From: a virus
Taxonomy: Duplodnaviria > Caudoviricetes
IMG/VR virus record: IMGVR_UViG_3300020183_006961
Span: 1 to 51,749 of that record
DNA length: 51,749 nt
Reading direction: 5' to 3' (one strand)
The notes beneath the pieces are model-generated. The model was not told where the DNA came from. It ran no database searches and was given only the letters and a program-made list of their open reading frames with translations. Below are positions 46,006 to 51,749 of this stretch, piece after piece. The first letter of the stretch is position 1, and every line of letters starts with the position of its first letter. The position numbers were made by a program, and so were the translations under genes.

Positions 46006-46289
46006 TCAATTGTGTTTAAATTTTTATCGTCTATAAAAAGATCATAATTTGGTTTACCAAATTTAAGATCATGATACTTTACCCCCCAATCTTTAAATTG
46101 CTGTTTAGTCATTTCACTCCAATCAATTCCAGTAGCAGATCCTCTAGCTGTCCAATAGACTATAAGATGCCCTTTGTCATATAATTTATTGGCTTTTTCA
46201 ATATTTTCTTTTATTGGAGTGCTTGTTGTGTAATTGGGTTTATCAGGGCTATGACAAATTGTGTCATCAATGTCTATATATATTACCAT
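45996..46289 (-). CDS. Short capless HAD phosphatase (capsule-biosynthesis type)
   Basis: 'DIDDT', 'TARG', 'GKP', 'IDDK'. Confidence 0.85.
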   Translation of the reverse strand: MVIYIDIDDTICHSPDKPNYTTSTPIKENIEKANKLYDKGHLIVYWTARGSATGIDWSEMTKQQFKDWGVKYHDLKFGKPNYDLFIDDKNLNTIDWI

Positions 46290-47239
46290 ATGAATTTATT
46301 TTTGTAGTAATCTACTATATATTTTAGTTCTTTGTCAAATTGTTTTTTAGGCTCCCAACCTATTGCTCTTAATTTAGAATCATTTAAAGCATATCTAACA
46401 TCTTGCCCTTGCCTAGAAAATGAGAAATCTACATAATCAGATAGGCTATACTTTTGATTTTCCAAATATATATTTAAAATTTTATTTATTGTTTCTAAAT
46501 TAGACTGCTCAAATCCGCCGCAAATATTGTATATTTCATTTTTTACATTGGATTCTATAATTTTTATTACAGCGCTTGCTGTGTCTTCGGCGTGAAGCCA
46601 ATTTCTAACAGGAGTTCCGCTATTATGTAATGGAATTTTTCTATTAAGTTTTAAATATTTGCAAGCTTTAGGAACAAGTTTTTCAATGTATTGTCCTACC
46701 CCATAGTTATTAGTTGGCCGTATTATAACATAAGGAATACCATATGTTCTAGACCAAGCTAATATCAACATATCCGCAGCCGCTTTTGTAGCAGAATATG
46801 GATTAGATGGTTTAAGCAAATCTAATTCGCTATGAGCGCCTTCAGCAATATCACCATAAACTTCATCTGTGCTAAAATGTAATAGCGTTGGAATTTCTGA
46901 ATTTTCTTGTCTATAATTCTTTATGAGTTTTAAGATATTGTAAATGCCATTGATGTTCGAATGGACAAAGTCATCGCTATTTGCTATGGAATTACCGACA
47001 TGGGTTTCTGCGGCAGTATTGATAATATAATCACAATCATATAAGAATTTTAAATCATTAATGTCACTGTGAACAAATGAAAAATTTGGATAAGATTTAA
47101 ATTCGTTTAATAGGTCTTTATTAGCAGCATAGGTAATCTTATCCACCCCCTTGACATACCACCCTTTATCAAGACACATGCGAGTTACATAAGAGCCAAT
47201 AAAGCCAAGGCATCCTGTTATATAAACTATTTTTGTCAT
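46283..47239 (-). CDS. rfbB: dTDP-glucose 4,6-dehydratase-like
   Basis: 'ITGCLGFIG', 'DKITYA', 'AAETHV', 'STDEVYG', 'PSNPYSATKA', 'NNYG..Q..EK', 'R.WL...D', 'D.RYA'. Start MTKIVY. Confidence 0.9.
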   Translation of the reverse strand: MTKIVYITGCLGFIGSYVTRMCLDKGWYVKGVDKITYAANKDLLNEFKSYPNFSFVHSDINDLKFLYDCDYIINTAAETHVGNSIANSDDFVHSNINGIYNILKLIKNYRQENSEIPTLLHFSTDEVYGDIAEGAHSELDLLKPSNPYSATKAAADMLILAWSRTYGIPYVIIRPTNNYGVGQYIEKLVPKACKYLKLNRKIPLHNSGTPVRNWLHAEDTASAVIKIIESNVKNEIYNICGGFEQSNLETINKILNIYLENQKYSLSDYVDFSFSRQGQDVRYALNDSKLRAIGWEPKKQFDKELKYIVDYYKNKFIW

Positions 47240-47252
47240 ATGAATTATACTA

Positions 47253-48578
47253 CTAGGCGGAGGTGTGTTTTTTAAAAAAAGAATGAACAATTTCTTCAAC
47301 GTAGTTTAATTGTTCTGGCGTAATAACTGGACTTGTTCCTAAGAAAAAAGTATCGGTGGTTACTTTTCTTGCATTTGGATATTTAGTAATCACATCGTTT
47401 TTATTAATCAATCCATCGTAAGCTGGCTGTAGCATAATATTGCCCGCAAAATATGGTCTTGTTTGTATTTTATTAGACTCTAAAAAGTCTACTATATCTT
47501 TTCTTTTGAATTTATTATTGTCTTTAATGGTTACTGCAAACGCAAACCAGCTAGGATCGGAGAGGTTAGTCGCTTTCGGTAAAATAAAAAATTCCTCGTA
47601 TGGTTTGAAAATATTAACTAGTTTTGCGTGGTTTTGCTTCCTTTTTTGATGAATAAGTGGAAGCTTTTTCATTTGCTCTAATCCGATAGATGCTTGCAGT
47701 TCGATTGGTTTTAGGTTGTACCCTATTTCATCGTATACATACTTATGGTCAAAGATTTCGTCCGGTAATTCGGGCAACCAATTAGAAAACCTATTTCCGC
47801 AGCTTCCATTCTTCAATAAATTGGCTTTTTTACCGACGCAATAACACCCTCTGCCCCATTCACGAAAACTGCGAGAAACTATTTCTTGTATTTTCGTTTT
47901 AGAAGCAACAAATCCACCCTCTCCCATAGTTATGTGGTGCGCGGGATAAAAACTACAGCTTGCTAATTCGCCAAAGCTTCCTAAAGGTTTATGATCATAA
48001 GTTGAGCCGAGTGCGTCACAGCAGTCTTCCAGTAAAATTAAATTATATTGCTTAACAATATTCATTAAGCGATTCATGTCTGGTGGGTTTCCTAATACAT
48101 GAGCAAATGTGATTACTCTCGCGCCTTTTTTAGCTTGCTCTTCAACCTGATCTAAATTTAAGTTTAAAGTGTTAAGATCAATATCTACAAATATTGGTTC
48201 AAATCCAACTTGAAAAATTGGGTTTAGTGTAGTGGGAAAGCCCGCAATAGGAGTAATTACTTTAGTTTTTTTCGGAAAATTATATAGCCTTTTAGATGTT
48301 AAGGCGGACATCATAATTAAATTAGATGAGCTTCCGCTGTTGGTTAAAATTCCGTATTCTTTGCCCATTAATTTAGGAAATTCAGATTCAAAGGTGATTG
48401 CATCTTTTCCCAGGACTAACCACTCGTTAAGAATTGAAGATACGGCGGCAACATACTCTTCTGAAGAAAAATATGGTCCCGCGTATTGAACCCAATCCGC
48501 GCCAGCGGTCCACGTTTTTTGAGAGTGCTTTTCTTTTATGAACTCTGAGATTATTTTTTGTAAATCTTCTAAGGTCAT
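47253..48578 (-). CDS. rfbH: NDP-4-keto-6-deoxyglucose 3-dehydratase (E1, RfbH/DdhC)
   Basis: 'NSGSSSNL', 'FPTT.NP', 'H.LGNP', 'EDCCDALG', 'SFYPAHHITMGEGG', Fe-S 'WGRGCYC...C..RF', 'DHKY'. Confidence 0.92.
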   Translation of the reverse strand: MTLEDLQKIISEFIKEKHSQKTWTAGADWVQYAGPYFSSEEYVAAVSSILNEWLVLGKDAITFESEFPKLMGKEYGILTNSGSSSNLIMMSALTSKRLYNFPKKTKVITPIAGFPTTLNPIFQVGFEPIFVDIDLNTLNLNLDQVEEQAKKGARVITFAHVLGNPPDMNRLMNIVKQYNLILLEDCCDALGSTYDHKPLGSFGELASCSFYPAHHITMGEGGFVASKTKIQEIVSRSFREWGRGCYCVGKKANLLKNGSCGNRFSNWLPELPDEIFDHKYVYDEIGYNLKPIELQASIGLEQMKKLPLIHQKRKQNHAKLVNIFKPYEEFFILPKATNLSDPSWFAFAVTIKDNNKFKRKDIVDFLESNKIQTRPYFAGNIMLQPAYDGLINKNDVITKYPNARKVTTDTFFLGTSPVITPEQLNYVEEIVHSFFKKHTSA

Positions 48579-48593
48579 GACTAAAATTTTATT

Positions 48594-49295
48594 TTACTTA
48601 ATGATTAAATCTAAAAAATGAACCGCTAATTTTTCCCTAGCGCTGTTTGGTAAACCTGGCCAGTGAACTAGAAAGTCTCCGAAAGACCAGCGGCCATCGT
48701 TCCCGTTGCAATCGAGCCCCTTTTGGTGCCAGGCCGATGGGTATAAATCATATAAATATGCGTTCATTATTTTTTGAGGGACTTCTTTAATTATATCTTT
48801 ATATTCTTCTTTTAAATCTAACATGGCTTGTTGCTCGCCCCAATTACGATTTCCTCCATCGGGTAATCTTTGACCAGTGTCTAAGGCGTTGCCGTTTCCG
48901 TCGGTGTATAGACCATATTTGCTGTATATTTTTTCAAAAAAAGCGATTGCCTCTTGAGAGTTTTTAATAAAAAATACGTCGCTATTCCAAGCCCAAACGT
49001 CATTAGCTATAATAAAGTGATAATTATTATCTATTAAATTTTCTAATTTGATGTTGTAGTTAGTTATCATGGTGTCTGACCCACACCATAAAATCCAATC
49101 GTATTTGTTTGTTTTTAGTAATTCTAATAAAAAATTAATTTTTGCAAACCCCAGATGTTTGCAGGAAAAATCTTTAGTTTTAACTATTAGATCGTACCCA
49201 TGTTTTTCACAATACTCTCTTTTGTTTAGCTCAACTGTTATGGCGGCTAGATTTTTAATATTTTCTGTATAAATTGTGGCTATGGCTAGTTTCAT
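48594..49295 (-). CDS. GT34 (GMA12/MNN10)-like glycosyltransferase
   Basis: 'NKREYC.KHGY', 'YDWILW..SD..ITN', 'NS..F.IKNS', 'EQ.AM', 'NAY', 'GDFLVHWPG'. Confidence 0.8.
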   Translation of the reverse strand: MKLAIATIYTENIKNLAAITVELNKREYCEKHGYDLIVKTKDFSCKHLGFAKINFLLELLKTNKYDWILWCGSDTMITNYNIKLENLIDNNYHFIIANDVWAWNSDVFFIKNSQEAIAFFEKIYSKYGLYTDGNGNALDTGQRLPDGGNRNWGEQQAMLDLKEEYKDIIKEVPQKIMNAYLYDLYPSAWHQKGLDCNGNDGRWSFGDFLVHWPGLPNSAREKLAVHFLDLIIK

Positions 49296-49391
49296 ATTAT
49301 AAATCTGCAAATCGCAAACTGTTAAGTTAACGGCGGGGTGGATCGTTCAAGTCTATATGTGAATAAAAAGACCGTGAATTTTTAATATTCC

Positions 49392-49859
49392 TTACTTTAT
49401 TTTTGCTAAAATATTTGTCGTGGAAACTCCAGTCACATAGTGCGTAAATTTAATTTGTGCATTGCACTTTACAAGCGCTTCTTTTTCCAATGAATTAAGA
49501 GTTTCCAGCGAGTAGTCTCCCGCTTTTACATAAACATTCGGTTTAACTGCTTCCAAAAATTTATGACTTGTGTTTTCTTCAAAAACAGCAACATAATCCA
49601 CACATCTTAGTTCTTGCAAGACAGTTTTTCTGTCCCCTTGACGATTTATGGGACGAGATTCTCCTTTTAAAGACTTCACAGATGAATCTGAATTGAGGCC
49701 AACAATAAGAACATCTCCAAGTCTTTGAGCAGATTTTAACATGGAAATGTGACCTTGATGAATTATGTCAAAGCATCCATTTGTGGCAACAATCTTAATG
49801 CTGGGGTTGCGAGATCTTAAATCTTTTACGTAGCTTAAAACCTCTTCAATATCATTCAT
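49392..49859 (-). CDS. hldC: RfaE domain II / HldC-type heptose-1-phosphate adenylyltransferase
   Basis: 'TNGCFDIIHQGH', 'GLNSDSSV..LKG..RP', 'VD.V..FEE', 'K.GDY', 'STT.I'. Confidence 0.88.
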   Translation of the reverse strand: MNDIEEVLSYVKDLRSRNPSIKIVATNGCFDIIHQGHISMLKSAQRLGDVLIVGLNSDSSVKSLKGESRPINRQGDRKTVLQELRCVDYVAVFEENTSHKFLEAVKPNVYVKAGDYSLETLNSLEKEALVKCNAQIKFTHYVTGVSTTNILAKIK

Positions 49860-49867
49860 AAATGAAA

Positions 49868-50737
49868 TTATCTATCCACAACGACTTCATCTAATTCTTT
49901 GTTTTCATTGTTAGAAAAAACAAATTTTATTTTGCTCGCGTTGCTTGTTTGATAGGTGTATAGTGTCTCATAAATTTTTGCGCTGGTTTTATGATTTTTG
50001 ATATCTTCGTTAATTAACCCCTCTTGCCCGTTTGGGCCAATTGCAGAAATTTTTTCAAATTTTAAATCTTTATATTTTGAAATAAGTTCTGAGATTTTCG
50101 CATAGCCTGCATCTCTTCTTTTTCTTTCCCAATGTTCAGCACTGGAAAATTTAAGAGCGGATAGCATCGGTGCACCCGTGGACGCGTCTAGATGCTCAAG
50201 GTTTGGCTCTTTTTTAACGAAGTCTACTCCGAAATAAAAAACCAAATCTGCGTTCCAGTTTCTACTAGAGTCGTCAACAAAATACCCATAGAAAGTTCTT
50301 ATTTCTTCGCCCGCTTTAATTGGTTTGACTGTGTGAAAAATAAAGGTGTCTCTTTTAACATCCCATCCAGCATTATTTTTAGTATTGCAAGTATTGTAAA
50401 TGCAACCTAAGCCGAGTGGCAAAACTTGGAATTGAATTTTTTCGCCACCTAAATCTGGCTGGGGTGGGCTCCAAGTAAAGTAATATTTTTCAGGATCTTT
50501 AAATCCAAGATTTTGCCTAAGATTCTCGTAAAATTTATTTTTGCTTGCGCAATATCCTAGTTGATTAGAGAAATCGTGAAAGGCTTTGCCTAACCCGGTA
50601 TATTTTGGAAAAAGTATAAATGGAACCTCTTCCAATACTTCGTCTGCGGCGATATCTTCAATGGCAAAAACGCCAAAGCCCTCAATGGGAGATTTTTTTA
50701 CTTGTATTTTTCTTGATATGGTTAATTCTCGACTCAT
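49868..50737 (-). CDS. SET-domain protein (putative protein-lysine methyltransferase) with a C-terminal extension
   Basis: 'S.I.GFGVFA..DI...E..EE', 'IYNTC...NA' (compare NHSxxPN), 'I.AGEEI...YG'. Confidence 0.8.
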   Translation of the reverse strand: MSRELTISRKIQVKKSPIEGFGVFAIEDIAADEVLEEVPFILFPKYTGLGKAFHDFSNQLGYCASKNKFYENLRQNLGFKDPEKYYFTWSPPQPDLGGEKIQFQVLPLGLGCIYNTCNTKNNAGWDVKRDTFIFHTVKPIKAGEEIRTFYGYFVDDSSRNWNADLVFYFGVDFVKKEPNLEHLDASTGAPMLSALKFSSAEHWERKRRDAGYAKISELISKYKDLKFEKISAIGPNGQEGLINEDIKNHKTSAKIYETLYTYQTSNASKIKFVFSNNENKELDEVVVDR

Positions 50738-51038
50738 ATTTTTGTTTATTGTAGTTTTGTTTTATTTTGTCTTTGCCATCAATTTGTTTTCTTTTATTGC
50801 TTAAGTCTTTAGACAAATCCCACATTTCTCCAACATTCATTTTTTTATCGTGGGCTTTATTGATAAAATCATTTTTGCTAAATGGGTTAATGATTGTATC
50901 TTTAGATAGGTTTGGGTTTTCAAAAACTCTTTCGTATTGAGTTCCATTTTCATCGCAATATTCATGCCTGTCGGTCATTTTTTGAATAATTTCGACCACT
51001 TTGCCAGATTTTGGGTGCTTGTATCTATAAATTGGCAT
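50682..51038 (-). CDS. FmdB-like small protein (Cys-poor ribbon)
   Basis: 'MPIYRY.HP..G...E..Q.M' N-terminus typical of the FmdB family. Confidence 0.65.
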   Translation of the reverse strand: MPIYRYKHPKSGKVVEIIQKMTDRHEYCDENGTQYERVFENPNLSKDTIINPFSKNDFINKAHDKKMNVGEMWDLSKDLSNKRKQIDGKDKIKQNYNKQKYESRINHIKKNTSKKISH

Positions 51039-51039
51039 A

Positions 51040-51702
51040 TTAATTGTTATATTTTAAAAAACAAATGCTAAGATCTGTTTTTGAAAATTTATATAAAGTA
51101 GTATTTTGTGAATTTTTTAAAGCTTCGCAATTCAAAAAGGCTCCTTTCCTTTTTATTTTTTCCAGAATTTCTTCACTGTTTTCTTTACTGTCTAGTTCAA
51201 AGCAAAGATTTTCGCACAGATACAGTTTATTTGAATTTTCAAGAATTTCTACAGGGTCGGGGATAGAAATTTTTAACAGGTTGATTTTTTCCGGAATCAT
51301 AGAAAGCACTTCATCGAGCTTGCAAAAGTATGAAGGGTGTCCTTTTTCAGAAATTTTTATATCCGAAATGTCATAAAAAAAATTATTAACAAGGCGAGGT
51401 TCTTCTATTGAAAAAAATCCAGCGGAGTTTGTAACCCCTAGTTGATAGCTTTGATAGTTTTTACAAAAATTAAAAAGATTCTTAATTAAGATTTCGTAAT
51501 TATTTTGGAATGGCTCAAACGCATAAATTTTTTCTGCGCCGTGAAGATGCGCACTAATAGAAAAGGTGCCAATGTGCGCTCCAATATCAACAACGGTTGA
51601 GTTCGGTAAAAAATTATTTATCCTATAAGAATTAGAATAAAGAACTCTATCAATTAAAAATTGATCGGAGCTGTGGGATCGTAGTGTTATTTCAGGAAGC
51701 AT
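51040..51702 (-). CDS. FkbM-family methyltransferase
   Basis: 'VVDIGAHIG.FS', 'YAFEP...NY..L..N'; C-terminal KxDxEG motif is degenerate (LLKISI). ATG at 51702 preferred. Confidence 0.8.
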   Translation of the reverse strand: MLPEITLRSHSSDQFLIDRVLYSNSYRINNFLPNSTVVDIGAHIGTFSISAHLHGAEKIYAFEPFQNNYEILIKNLFNFCKNYQSYQLGVTNSAGFFSIEEPRLVNNFFYDISDIKISEKGHPSYFCKLDEVLSMIPEKINLLKISIPDPVEILENSNKLYLCENLCFELDSKENSEEILEKIKRKGAFLNCEALKNSQNTTLYKFSKTDLSICFLKYNN

Positions 51703-51748
51703 ATTCAATTATTTTGGTTAGTAAGTTTTCTTTTGCGAACTTGTTTTT
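51692..51748 (-). CDS. 3' end of an upstream gene running in from the window edge
   Basis: One open frame (KNKFAKENLLTKIIEYAS*) overlapping the FkbM start. Confidence 0.35.
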   Translation of the reverse strand, partial: KNKFAKENLLTKIIEYAS

Positions 51749-51749
51749 A

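Noticed and set aside
3421-51376. Numerous 60-130 aa ORFs antisense or nested within long genes
   Set aside because: They are fully overlapped by well-supported CDSs and have no recognisable motifs.
26902-51749. Bacterial chromosome (replication genes plus O-antigen locus)
   Set aside because: DnaE, DnaG, DnaB and RecA are divergent and clustered in phage fashion next to giant orphan structural genes, with no membrane, export or other housekeeping genes. No capsid or terminase is in the window, so phage origin remains an inference.

Overview
This window looks like a fragment of a large, AT-rich tailed dsDNA bacteriophage; the host cannot be determined from it. Positions 1-26807 are a mostly + strand virion/tail module. 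It holds the 3' end of a tape-measure-like gene with two coding tandem repeats and nine large orphan structural-type genes, and it is interrupted by two - strand glycosyltransferases. A decayed, scrambled tRNA-Asn(GTT)-like element sits where the two transcription directions converge (26816-26888). Positions 26902-36928 (- strand) encode a bacterial-style replication/recombination module: an SSB-like protein, a DnaE-family polymerase split into PHP, DEDDh exonuclease and polymerase-core genes, a Cas4/AddB-like nuclease, DnaG, DnaB, a DUF559-like nuclease and RecA. Positions 36964-51749 (- strand) are a roughly 15 kb glycan biosynthesis cluster: Gmd, a GT11-like transferase, an epimerase, ColD-like and RfbH 3-dehydratases, a ThDP enzyme, NeuB, a HAD phosphatase, RfbB, a GT34-like transferase, HldC and FkbM-type methyltransferases, plus a SET-domain protein. 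The leading hypothesis is a phage-encoded virion glycosylation system that makes unusual 3,6-dideoxy, branched and nonulosonic sugars, possibly attaching them at the strikingly enriched [S/T]-G dipeptides of the tail proteins. All family calls come from motif recognition by eye; no searches were run.
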